Below are positions 26,469-37,798 of a stretch of DNA of 64,000 nt, piece after piece; positions within the stretch are counted from its first letter, which is position 1; every line of letters starts with the position of its first letter. Source of the stretch: an uncultured delta proteobacterium (lineage in GTDB: Bacteria > Desulfobacterota > GWC2-55-46); NCBI GenBank assembly GCA_963727865.1, contig CAVSHY010000024.1:108844-172843 (forward strand), read 5' to 3'. The position numbers and the translations under genes are program-made. The notes under the pieces are model-generated. The model ran no database searches, was not told where the DNA came from, and saw nothing but the letters and a program-made list of their open reading frames with translations.

Positions 26469-27291
26469 GTCATCCGGGTTTTGTTTTGGAGTAAAAAGGG
26501 CGATAAACCTGGCGAATAAATGCGCGGAGGAGGCCCATGGAGATATTTATACTCTTGGCCCCATTATTCATAACCCGCAGGTAGTAAAAAAACTTGAGTC
26601 TTCTCACATATTTGCGAAGAAAAGCATAGATGATATCTCATCAGGGACCATCATCATAAGGTCTCACGGCGTAAAGCTCGGCGAATACCAGGCGGCCAGG
26701 GATAAGGGACTGAATATAGTTGACGCGACCTGCCCTTTTGTTAAAAAGGCTCAGGAGCTCGTTCAACTCCTGACGGATGAAGGTTATGCTGTTATACTGG
26801 TAGGTGAGAAGGATCACCCGGAGGTAAAGGGGCTCGTAAGTTATGGCGCCGCGGATATAAAGGTTGTTGATTCGCCGGAAGACCTTAAAGATATGCCAAG
26901 GAGGAAAAAGATTGGGATCCTGGCGCAGACGACGCTTCCTGAGGAGAAGTTTGAGGCGGTTGTCAGTTTTTGTTTAAATAAGGCTTCAGAACTGAAGGTT
27001 TTCAATACTATATGTAATGCGACTTCAATAAGACAGGAAGAGAGCGCTCACCTTGCGGAAAAGGTCGACCTGATGATCGTCGCGGGCGGCAGGAATAGCG
27101 CCAATACCAGAAGGCTCGCGGAGATCTGCCGCTCGATACAGCCAAGGACTTATCATATTGAGGTTGCGGACGAAATAGACCCTTCATGGTTTGATGGAGC
27201 TTCAAAAGTCGGGGTCACCTCCGGCGCGTCTACCCCCGATTGGGTAATCAGCGATGTGGTCGAAAGGATAAGGTCGTTGTGCCTTAAATAA
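26449..27291 (+). CDS. ispH: 4-hydroxy-3-methylbut-2-enyl diphosphate reductase
   Basis: 280 aa with a TTG start. GFCFGVKRA, IIHNPQVV, DATCPFV and SANTRRL are present. It overlaps cmk by 20 nt. Confidence 0.9.
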   Translation: MEIFVAKSSGFCFGVKRAINLANKCAEEAHGDIYTLGPIIHNPQVVKKLESSHIFAKKSIDDISSGTIIIRSHGVKLGEYQAARDKGLNIVDATCPFVKKAQELVQLLTDEGYAVILVGEKDHPEVKGLVSYGAADIKVVDSPEDLKDMPRRKKIGILAQTTLPEEKFEAVVSFCLNKASELKVFNTICNATSIRQEESAHLAEKVDLMIVAGGRNSANTRRLAEICRSIQPRTYHIEVADEIDPSWFDGASKVGVTSGASTPDWVISDVVERIRSLCLK

Positions 27292-27313
27292 TTTGCACTT
27301 TGAAATATCCTAT

Positions 27314-27390
27314 GATACCTTTTAAATATCAACAGGATGCCTTTTAAAGTAATAAGATGCCTTTTAAAGTAATAAGATGCCTTTTAAAGA
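27314..27390 (+). repeat. 20-bp tandem direct repeat GATGCCTTTTAAAGTAATAA in the rpsA leader (two full units, a truncated third and one degenerate upstream copy)
   Basis: Identical units lie at 27336-27355 and 27356-27375. A truncated unit lies at 27376-27390 and a GATACCTTTTAAA copy at 27314-27326. Confidence 0.85.
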
Positions 27391-27453
27391 ATCTGTAAGC
27401 TGAAAAGCCCGGCAGCGTCCTTTGGCGTCTTTTTAAAATAAAACAGGGGGTAA

Positions 27454-29109
27454 GTGTTAATGATAGGGAGAGAGGGAAAATCGCACGCCGGCGACATAAC
27501 TGGAAATAGCTTTGAGGAGCTTTTCGAGGCAAAGCTCAAGGAATTCCAGGAAGGCGACATTTTAAAAGGAAAGGTCGTGCAGATTACCCAGGACGCTGTA
27601 ATGGTCGATATCGGGTATAAATCCGAAGGCCAGGTCCCGCTTAGAGAGTTTCTTGATAAAGACGGTAAGCCGACCGTAAAGGTCGGTGATGAAATAGCGG
27701 TGCTCCTCGAGAGACGGGAAGACGAGAGCGGTTACATAGTTCTTTCAAAGGCAAAGGCGGACCAGTTCAAGGTCTGGGACGATATCGTTGAATCATACGA
27801 GGCCGGTAAGCCCCTGGAAGGGACGATCACGGAAAGGATAAAGGGCGGTTTTTACGTCAATGTAAAGGGCATCATAGCGTTTCTCCCCGGTTCGCAGGTT
27901 GATCTCAAGCCCGTGAGAAATCAGGATAAGCTCGTTGGGCAGAGTTTTCTCTTCAAGGTTCTTAAGTACAATAAACGCAAGAACAATGTAATAGTGTCAA
28001 GGAGAGTTTTACTTGAAGAAAAGAGGGAGGAACTGAAAAAGACGACTCTTGAGACAATTAATGAAGGGAATGTCGTGGAAGGCATCGTTAAAAATGTGAC
28101 CGATTACGGCGCTTTCATAGATCTTGGCGGCATAGACGGGCTCGTGCACCTTACTGACCTCTCATGGGGCAAGGTCACGCACCCGTCACAGATATTGAAG
28201 ATAGGCGACAGGGTCTCTGTAAAGGTGCTTAAATACGATAAGGAAGAAGGAAAAATCTCTCTCGGCATCAAGCAGACAAAAGAAGATCCATGGCAGACTG
28301 TCGCGGGGAAATATCCCGTAGGTTTGAAAGTAAAGGGTAAGGTCGTAAATATAACGGACTACGGCGCGTTTGTCGAGATAGAAGACGGGCTTGAGGGGCT
28401 TGTCCATATCTCGGAGATGTCATGGACAAAACTCAAGCATCCGTCTCAGAAACTTAAAGTAAATGACGTTGTTGAGGTAATGGTCCTTGATATCGATGCC
28501 GCTAACAAACGCATCTCCCTCGGGCTCAAGCAGGTTGAACCGAACCCATGGGAAGATGTGGAGAAGCGCTATCCGAAAGGGACAAGGGTAAAAGGTGTTG
28601 TAAAAAACATAACCGACTTCGGGGTCTTTGTCGGCGTTGAAGACGGCATCGACGGGCTGATCCATGTCTCCGACCTCTCGTGGAAAAAGATAAAGCACCC
28701 CTCGGAGGTCTTTAAAAAGGGTCAGGAGATCGAGGCTGTGGTAGTTAATATAGACAGCGCCAACAGAAGGTTTTCCCTGTCTACGAAGCTACTGGAGAAA
28801 AACCCGTGGGAAGGCGTTGAGGAGCGGTATAAGCCAGGCATGATAGTGGAGGGAAAGGTTACGAGTGTCGCTGAATTCGGAGCGTTTGTCGGGCTGGAGG
28901 AAGGGCTTGAAGGCCTTGTCCACGTCTCTGATCTGAGCAGAGGCAAAAAGAAAGGTTTCGATATTCACGCCGGGGACATAGTTGAGGTGGAGGTGCTTAA
29001 TGTCGACCCTGAGGACAATAAGATCGGGTTAAGCATCAGGGCCGTCAAGAAGGAGACCCCGGGGGGCGAAGAAGAAAAAGAGTCCGGCAATAACGGCGAA
29101 GCTTCCTGA
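27454..29109 (+). CDS. rpsA: 30S ribosomal protein S1
   Basis: 551 aa with six S1 (OB) repeats showing the recurrent G.V....FGAFV.L..G..GL.H.S pattern. The start is GTG 27454 or ATG 27460. Confidence 0.95.
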   Translation: MLMIGREGKSHAGDITGNSFEELFEAKLKEFQEGDILKGKVVQITQDAVMVDIGYKSEGQVPLREFLDKDGKPTVKVGDEIAVLLERREDESGYIVLSKAKADQFKVWDDIVESYEAGKPLEGTITERIKGGFYVNVKGIIAFLPGSQVDLKPVRNQDKLVGQSFLFKVLKYNKRKNNVIVSRRVLLEEKREELKKTTLETINEGNVVEGIVKNVTDYGAFIDLGGIDGLVHLTDLSWGKVTHPSQILKIGDRVSVKVLKYDKEEGKISLGIKQTKEDPWQTVAGKYPVGLKVKGKVVNITDYGAFVEIEDGLEGLVHISEMSWTKLKHPSQKLKVNDVVEVMVLDIDAANKRISLGLKQVEPNPWEDVEKRYPKGTRVKGVVKNITDFGVFVGVEDGIDGLIHVSDLSWKKIKHPSEVFKKGQEIEAVVVNIDSANRRFSLSTKLLEKNPWEGVEERYKPGMIVEGKVTSVAEFGAFVGLEEGLEGLVHVSDLSRGKKKGFDIHAGDIVEVEVLNVDPEDNKIGLSIRAVKKETPGGEEEKESGNNGEAS

Positions 29110-29993
29110 TGAAGGGAGAGACCTTGAAGAGTCTTCTGGCGGCTTTTGGCGCAGTGGCGCTGATAATAATAGCGCTTTCTTTTATGCTCGCGTACCTGTT
29201 CAGTGACGGGGGGTTCAGCCGCGCGGATAAGGTCGCGGTCGTAAAGGTCGACGGTATTATAACGGATTCGTCGGAGGTAAACCGTCAGCTGCGCGACCTT
29301 GAAGACAGGAATGATGTCAAGGCTGTAGTGGTCAGGATAAATTCCCCGGGCGGCGCCGTAGGCCCCTCGCAGGAGATATACAGCGAAATTAAAAGGCTCA
29401 GGAAGACCAAGAAGGTCGTAGCCTCAATGGGGGCGATAGCCGCGTCAGGCGGCTATTACGCGTCGGTAGCGGCGGAAAAAATCGTATCAAACCCCGGAAC
29501 AATAACAGGAAGCATCGGAGTTATAATAGAATTCATAAACGCTGAAGACCTTTTGAGCAAGATCGGGCTTAAGGGTTACGTCGTAAAGAGCGGGAAATTC
29601 AAGGATACGGGTTCCCCGCTCCGTAAGATGGAAAAAGAAGAAATGGAACTCCTTCAGGGGGTGATCAATGACGTGAACGGACAGTTCATAAAGGCGGTCG
29701 CCGAGGGCAGGGGCATGAAGGTTGAGGATGTGGCTAAAATAGCGGACGGAAGGATCTTTAGCGGTGAACAGGCGAAGGAAAAAGGCCTGGTCGACACCCT
29801 CGGAGACCTGACCGACGCTATAAACCTGAGCGCGCAGCTTGCCGGCATCAAGGGAAAACCCATGGTTATTTATACCGAAAGAAAGACCTTCAGCCTCTGG
29901 AAGAGCGTCATGGGGGACGCGATCGGCAGAGACTTAACCGAACTTTTTACGGGACTGAGGATAATGTATATGGTCCCAAATCCGTCTAAATAA
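29109..29993 (+). CDS. sppA: signal peptide peptidase SppA (36K type)
   Basis: 294 aa with an N-terminal TM. INSPGG, ASGGYY and the SGKFKD pattern are present. Confidence 0.85.
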   Translation: MKGETLKSLLAAFGAVALIIIALSFMLAYLFSDGGFSRADKVAVVKVDGIITDSSEVNRQLRDLEDRNDVKAVVVRINSPGGAVGPSQEIYSEIKRLRKTKKVVASMGAIAASGGYYASVAAEKIVSNPGTITGSIGVIIEFINAEDLLSKIGLKGYVVKSGKFKDTGSPLRKMEKEEMELLQGVINDVNGQFIKAVAEGRGMKVEDVAKIADGRIFSGEQAKEKGLVDTLGDLTDAINLSAQLAGIKGKPMVIYTERKTFSLWKSVMGDAIGRDLTELFTGLRIMYMVPNPSK

Positions 29994-30081
29994 AATAAGC
30001 GATTATATACCTTAAAATGCGGCGCAGGCCTTACCCATATTTTGTACAGGTAAACGCAATTAAAAACGGAGGCAGATTATA

Positions 30082-30366
30082 ATGACAAAGAGCGAACTAA
30101 TAGAAACGGTTGCTTCAAAGGTCAGTAACTTCTCGAGAAAGGATATCGAGATTATCGTCGAGACCCTCTTTAACAGCATGACGGAAAGCCTTTCAAAGGG
30201 AGATAAGGTCGAGATAAGGGGTTTCGGCAGCTTTAAGATAAAATCCCGCGACGGAAGACAGGGTAGAAATCCCAAGTCGGGAGAGAATATATTTATCGAA
30301 TCCAAAAGGGTCCCGTTCTTCAAGGCAGGCAAGGAAATCAGGGAAAGGATAAATAAAATATCTTAA
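30082..30366 (+). CDS. ihfB: integration host factor beta subunit (HU/IHF family)
   Basis: 94 aa. RGFGSF...GRNPKSGE...VPFFKAGKEIRERIN resembles IHF-beta, and the position after rpsA is conserved. Confidence 0.8.
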   Translation: MTKSELIETVASKVSNFSRKDIEIIVETLFNSMTESLSKGDKVEIRGFGSFKIKSRDGRQGRNPKSGENIFIESKRVPFFKAGKEIRERINKIS

Positions 30367-30384
30367 AGGACCCCTCCAGAATAT

Positions 30385-30867
30385 ATGAAACAAATATGGG
30401 CCCCCTGGCGTGTTGAATACATACAGGCGGAAAAAAGCGAAGAATGCATTTTTTGCGCCGCCCCTAAAAAAGAACCGAAAGACGCGCTCGTTGTTTACAA
30501 AGGGAATATCTCGATAGTAATGCTTAATAAATATCCGTACAATGGCGGTCACCTCCTCATAGCCCCCTTAAGACATGTCGCTAAACTCGAAGATCTAAAC
30601 GACTCCGAATCAGCGGATATGTTCCGCCTCATGCGCCATTCAACCGCGGCTCTTACAAAGGCTTTTAATCCGGCCGGATTTAATCTGGGCATGAACCTCG
30701 GAAAGGCGGCGGGAGCCGGCATAGAAGACCATATCCACATGCACGTGGTGCCAAGGTGGGACGGGGATATAAATTTCATGCCGGTGCTTGGCGACGTAAA
30801 GGTAATACCTGTTCACCTCCAGCAGACCCTTTCCAGGCTCAGACCCTACTTCGAAAACCTCCCTTAA
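30385..30867 (+). CDS. HIT (histidine triad) family nucleotide hydrolase/transferase
   Basis: 160 aa with the HIHMHVVPRW histidine-triad motif. Confidence 0.8.
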   Translation: MKQIWAPWRVEYIQAEKSEECIFCAAPKKEPKDALVVYKGNISIVMLNKYPYNGGHLLIAPLRHVAKLEDLNDSESADMFRLMRHSTAALTKAFNPAGFNLGMNLGKAAGAGIEDHIHMHVVPRWDGDINFMPVLGDVKVIPVHLQQTLSRLRPYFENLP

Positions 30868-30955
30868 CCCTTTTCGCTGTTAAAAATAAAGACTTGACAA
30901 CGGGACCTGATTTATAATAAATTCTTCATATAATCAGGCAAATAAAATTAGCAGT

Positions 30956-31087
30956 ACTTCCGTGACTGACGGAGAAGGGTGGGTTAACACCCGGGGAGCG
31001 GAAGTTATACAGGAAAGATTTCGCCGACCGTCTGGGCAAAATAATGGTGTAAACGCGCTTATTATTCTGTTCAAGACGGTTTTTTTA
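30956..31087 (+). ncRNA. candidate structured small RNA or leader (multi-stem element plus intrinsic terminator), class unknown
   Basis: The outer stem ACTTCCG/CGGAAGT (30956-31005) encloses CCGT/ACGG and GGGTG/CACCC stems. A long hairpin and T8 follow at 31027-31087. TTGACA lies at 30894. Confidence 0.3.
31027..31087 (+). terminator. rho-independent terminator (ACCGTCT...AGACGGT + T8)
   Basis: A 7-bp closing stem with an imperfect extended hairpin is followed by TTTTTTTT at 31080-31087. Confidence 0.55.
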
Positions 31088-31166
31088 TTTAAAGGCGCTG
31101 GAGAGGCTGGGGTAAGGGAACCAAAACCCTTGCCAATGCCTGAATAAGCGGCGAATTATCCCATTC

Positions 31167-33460
<2,294 letters not shown>

Positions 33461-33606
33461 TTAGAAAATAAGGGATTGAAATCCCGCGTTGAGCGTAAGA
33501 TTTCAAATGAAGAACGAAATCGCTGAAGTTGCTCTGCTGGTATCTTAAAAGGTAATCGCATCGGCATTTTGTTTTTCTTGATAAATGAAAAATCGGAGGT
33601 TTAATT

Positions 33607-34869
33607 ATGCAGCTTACAGGCCTTCATTGGGGCCAAAAGCTCTTAAAGCGCGTCGAATTCCCGGTAGCCGAGGTGCTCGGCCCGGAGGCGAGCGTAGATG
33701 AGATAAAGGACCTTATAAAAAGGTGCGGTCTGGTCTTTATAAAGCCGATTTTTAAGGGCGGGGTCGGCAAAAAAGGAAAGGCAGGTCTCATCGGTAAGGC
33801 TAAAGACATCTCTACCGCCTTAAGGGAAAAAGAGAGGCTCTATTTCGTCGAGCATACCTTCGGCAATACCTCGGTAAAGGCAGACGGGGTTACCTTCGAG
33901 GGGGGAGTGCCCGCGGAGCACGAGGTTTATTTTTCGATCTCTGATTCGACCCTGTACCGGGCCCCCACTATGACCATTACCCATCACGGCGGAATGGATA
34001 TCGAGGAACTCCCGAAGGATAAGGTAAAAGAAGTGCCGTTCGACGCTTTAACCGGGCTTAAGAGCTTCCATGTCTCGAACGCCCTTATGGAGCTCGGCGC
34101 GCCGAGCGAGATAATAAGCCCTCTTGTGCAGAACCTCCCCAGGTTATGGACTCTTTTCAATAACTACGGGATGAGTCTTCTTGAGATAAACCCGATAAGG
34201 ATTTCCCCTGACTCAAAGGGAAGGCTTACGCCTGTGGCGTGCGACCTGAAGGTGGCCTTTGACATAGACAACCCAGCGTGGAAAAGGCTCGATCTGCCGG
34301 CGCATCTTTTCGCCTCCGACTACTCGGAGTTCGAGCAGGAGATAAACCAGCTCAGGACCTATCAGGGCCAGAGCGATGTCTTCGTCATGAACCCGAAAGG
34401 GACAATTACCGCGCCTACGTTCGGCGGAGGCGCTAACGCGCTCGTAACCGAGCTTTTAGGCGAGAGGGCGTCCATATCGTCGGATTTCGGCGGAAACCCT
34501 CCGTATGAAAAGATGTTCCAGATTTCAAGAATAGTTTTCAAATACTGGCTCAAGCAGTCCAATGTCCTTTTCATTATAGGGGGCAAGGCCAATAATACCG
34601 ATATATTCGAAACCTTCAGGGCGATGGCCGACGCCTTGAAGGACTATTTCCAGAAGCATGGCCCTACCCCTCTTTTTGTCGTCATCGGAAGGGGCGGCCC
34701 GAATCTTATAAGGGGTATGGGCTATATGCGGGATACCATTGAAAACCTGAAGCTCCCTTACAGGATCTTCGGCCACGACAGCGCCATGAGCGAGGTCGTA
34801 AATTACGCGCTCAGCGTCGACAGGTGGATGGAAAAAGAAGGCAGGAAGGCCTTAAGTCCAAGGGTCTGA
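33607..34869 (+). CDS. aclB: ATP-citrate lyase / citryl-CoA synthetase beta-type subunit (ATP-grasp, SucC-like), divergent
   Basis: 420 aa with a SucC-like ATP-grasp layout (..FIKP...GGVGKKGKAG.., EINPI). It lies directly upstream of the SucD/citrate-synthase-like subunit. Confidence 0.7.
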   Translation: MQLTGLHWGQKLLKRVEFPVAEVLGPEASVDEIKDLIKRCGLVFIKPIFKGGVGKKGKAGLIGKAKDISTALREKERLYFVEHTFGNTSVKADGVTFEGGVPAEHEVYFSISDSTLYRAPTMTITHHGGMDIEELPKDKVKEVPFDALTGLKSFHVSNALMELGAPSEIISPLVQNLPRLWTLFNNYGMSLLEINPIRISPDSKGRLTPVACDLKVAFDIDNPAWKRLDLPAHLFASDYSEFEQEINQLRTYQGQSDVFVMNPKGTITAPTFGGGANALVTELLGERASISSDFGGNPPYEKMFQISRIVFKYWLKQSNVLFIIGGKANNTDIFETFRAMADALKDYFQKHGPTPLFVVIGRGGPNLIRGMGYMRDTIENLKLPYRIFGHDSAMSEVVNYALSVDRWMEKEGRKALSPRV

Positions 34870-34941
34870 CGGTTTTCTGAAGAGAAAAAGGTTGGAGATA
34901 ATAAAATTCCCTGCAGTAATTATCAGAAAAGGCGAGGAGTC

Positions 34942-37654
34942 ATGCACAAACAAGGCGTTAAAAAATTCCCTTACTATGTCGGAATAAATTCTCTGGCCGA
35001 ACTGGCCACAAGAGAAGATCGCGTATGCGTGCTTAACATACTCGGCAATGAAAGCCGGACGGTAACCCCCACAAGCCACGTGTACTCAGGCGGAAATGTG
35101 GTATTCGGAACGAGCCCCGGCAGGTCCGGACAGTTCCTGGAGACCAGGGCCGGCAACATCCCTGTATATAATTCGATTAAAGAAGGGCTTAAGGCCGGGT
35201 TAAAATTCAATACCGCGGTCATCTACCTGCCGCCTTCCGGGGTTAAAGGACGGGGTCGCCGAGGCCGTAAGACACAACCCGGACCTGAAAAAGGTTGTAA
35301 TCCTTACGGAGAAAGTCTCGGTAAACGACGCGAGGATCATAAGGGCGATATGTCAGACCAACGGGGTGGATGTATTCGGGGGCAACTGCCTGGGGCTCGC
35401 CGACGCCTGGAATAAGGTAAGGATAGGAGGGGCGTTAGGCGGCAACAAGCCCGAGGAGTCTCTCGTAAAAGGGTCCATCGCCCTCTTCTCCAATTCCGGC
35501 AACTTCACTACTACCATAGCCGTATACCTCCTTACCCAGGGCTGGGGCACCACTACTTCGGTCTCGAGCGGAAAGGACGTATACATACATTATGCCCCGA
35601 AAGAATTCCTCCATGGGCTCGATAATGACAACAGGTCAAAAGGCGCGGTCATATATGTAGAACCGGGCGGATACTACGAGGAGTGCCTTGAGATCAATAA
35701 ACCTGCGGTCGCCTGCGTGGTGGGGCGCTGGAAGGCGCGGCTTACGAAGGCGTGCGGACATGCCGGAAGCCTCGCGGGCTCCGGAGACGACGCCAGCGCG
35801 AAGGAAAAGTGGTTCATGGATTATTTCGGAGTCAAAGGCATCTATACTCCGGAAAAACCGGTATTCTCAAAAAAAGGCGCTGTCGTCACGAACATAGCTC
35901 ACATACCGGAGGCGCTGACAAAGGTCATGGCGTTGAACGGGATAAAGCCCGACTTCGAGGCGAAAGGGGATCTCTCGCTCAAGTGCTGGTTCGCGAATAA
36001 TGCCGGAGTTACGCTGCCAACGGACCTCGATGTAAAGGCCGTGAGGGCCGTGGCTCCTTACGATGAGCAGATAGACCATATAAACAAGCAGGTGGGCGCT
36101 CAGTTCCCGAGGCAGACGATGAAGGACGCGAGCGGCGCTTCAATGATGGACCCGAATACCCAGGTAACGAAGATCCACAACGTCTCGGTCCTCGACGCGT
36201 CAAAGCGTTCGCTCGAGGAGAACCTCGTCATGTCGCTTTTGAAGAGATACCCTGACCCCTATGAAAGGTCGCTCGCGAATATCGCCTTCAACTCCTATTT
36301 GAACCACCACGGGGATCCGGCGGTTATCGCCTCTGACGCGTCAAGGGAGGCGGAGAACTCGCCGAATACGGTCCTATCCGCGGCCGTGTCCGTAATAGGA
36401 AAGGGAAAGGTAAAAGGGGCGCTCGAGATTTCAGGCAGGCTCCTCGACTTCTTCCAGAATTCCGGCTTAACAAGCCCCACGGAAAAGTTTAAATACGGCG
36501 ATACGCTAAAGAGCCTCTCCAGGGAAGATAAAAAGCTCTTAACAGCCTCAAAAGGAGACAGCCTTGCCCCGGTAATCCTAAAGAGCGTTGACGGGCTGAA
36601 AAAGAAATCGGTTTTCATAGAGTTCGTAAAAGAAGCCTCGGACGGAAAACCCTCATCTGACGCGCTATTTTCAGCTATCTGGATGACGCTCGGCTGGGAG
36701 CCTCTTATAAAAAGAGGTATTTCAAAGATAACCATCGCCGCGCTTCCCTGGTATTCAAGGGTGTTTTCATCTTTCGTGGGATGCAGTGTGGCGGCCGATA
36801 AGCACGCGAAGGATAAGTTCTGCGGGATCAGGAATGAAGAACTCATAGATAAATGGTCATTCACAGAGGCCGCCTTTCTTGCCCTTATCGGAAGGAGGCC
36901 GGCTGAAAAAGAGCTCTTCGAGTTCTCGATGCTCCTCGGGCTCATCATCTCAAACGGACCCGGCACCATTTCAGCGCAGGGGTGCAAGGGCGGGGTAAGC
37001 GCGGACGGCCCAGAGGACCCGCACAGGGTGCAGATAAACAAGGCCTTTATAGGTTTTCTTACCCACACCGGGTTTGCCCACGGCGGAAACGGTTACGAGG
37101 CTATAGCGTTTCTCATAGAGCGCTTCAAGGAGACGGGACTGAAGGACCCTTCAAGGAAGAATCACGGCCTTGATCTGAAGGCCATAGCCGACAGTTACTC
37201 GAAATGGTACGCCAGGTACAAGGCCGACCAGAAGGCCTTCGGCAATATCGAGTACCTGAAGATACCCTGCGTGAACCATCCGGTATTCAAGGGCAAGGAA
37301 GTAAACTACGACCCGAGGGAGCGTTTTGTGAACTCCCTTTTTGAGGAGAAGGGCATATACAATATATTCCTGGACTTCTACCATAACCTCGTCAGGTCGC
37401 TCTTTGAGGCCAAGGTAAGCTCCAATGTGTACTGTGTGAACGTGGACGCCGTGATAGCCGTGATCCTGCTTAAGATGGTGTGGGAGGCTTTCAACACCGG
37501 AAAGATCTCCGATAAGGAGGTGGAGACGGCCGCGTTTACGACATTCCTGTATGGAAGGATGATAGGCTGCGCCGCCGAGATAGACGACCATATAAACAGA
37601 GGCCGAAACATGGACACAAGAACACCCGCCTCGAAATGCGTCTTTGTCGGATAA
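34942..37654 (+). CDS. aclA: ATP-citrate lyase alpha-type subunit (SucD-like CoA-ligase + citrate-synthase-like domain), long form, with an apparent 1-nt frameshift at 35245-35249
   Basis: The two ORFs 34942-35415 and 35366-37654 join as ..AVIYLPPSGVK|DGVAEAV... It has the phosphohistidine motif CGHAGSL, and the citrate-synthase-like motifs GFAHGGNG, VNHPVFKG and NVDAVIAV. The joined length is about 904 aa. Confidence 0.8.
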
Positions 37655-37680
37655 TCGCCTGATTATAAAATACTTCAATA

Positions 37681-37712
37681 AAAAACCCGGGTTATATCCC
37701 GGGTTTTTTATT
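37681..37712 (+). terminator. rho-independent terminator (ACCCGGG-TTATAT-CCCGGGT + T-run)
   Basis: A perfect 7-bp GC stem is flanked by an A-run and a T-run, 27 nt after the aclA stop. Confidence 0.8.
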
Positions 37713-37732
37713 TTCCTTCAGAAATATTTCGT

Positions 37733-37761
37733 TTGACAAAATTTTATTCCCTGTGGATAAT
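37733..37761 (+). promoter_or_regulatory. sigma70-like promoter TTGACA-N17-GATAAT for the MshEN-TPR/pilMN operon
   Basis: TTGACA at 37733-37738 and GATAAT at 37756-37761. Confidence 0.5.
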
Positions 37762-37798
37762 CTTTTAGATTTTCCGATAACCGCATTGGCGGGAGGAT

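Noticed and set aside
30894-30918. TTGACA ... TATAAT (30913-30918) as a canonical promoter
   Set aside because: The spacer is only 13 nt. The promoter call instead rests on the weaker TAAATT with an 18-nt spacer, hence the low confidence.
30962-31147. 61-aa GTG-initiated ORF upstream of icd
   Set aside because: It has no RBS and runs straight through a strong intrinsic terminator hairpin and T-run. The RNA-structure explanation fits better.
35241-35250. Programmed ribosomal frameshifting as the explanation for the interrupted genes
   Set aside because: Five unrelated genes are affected (methyltransferase, moaA, aclA, the MshEN-TPR gene and tolC). Four of the breaks are at short homopolymers, and none has a recognisable slippery heptamer plus downstream structure. 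Sequencing indels or pseudogenes are simpler explanations.
36295-37068. 257-aa ORF antisense to aclA
   Set aside because: It is rejected for the same reason as the other antisense ORFs: the sense strand carries the conserved ACL sequence.
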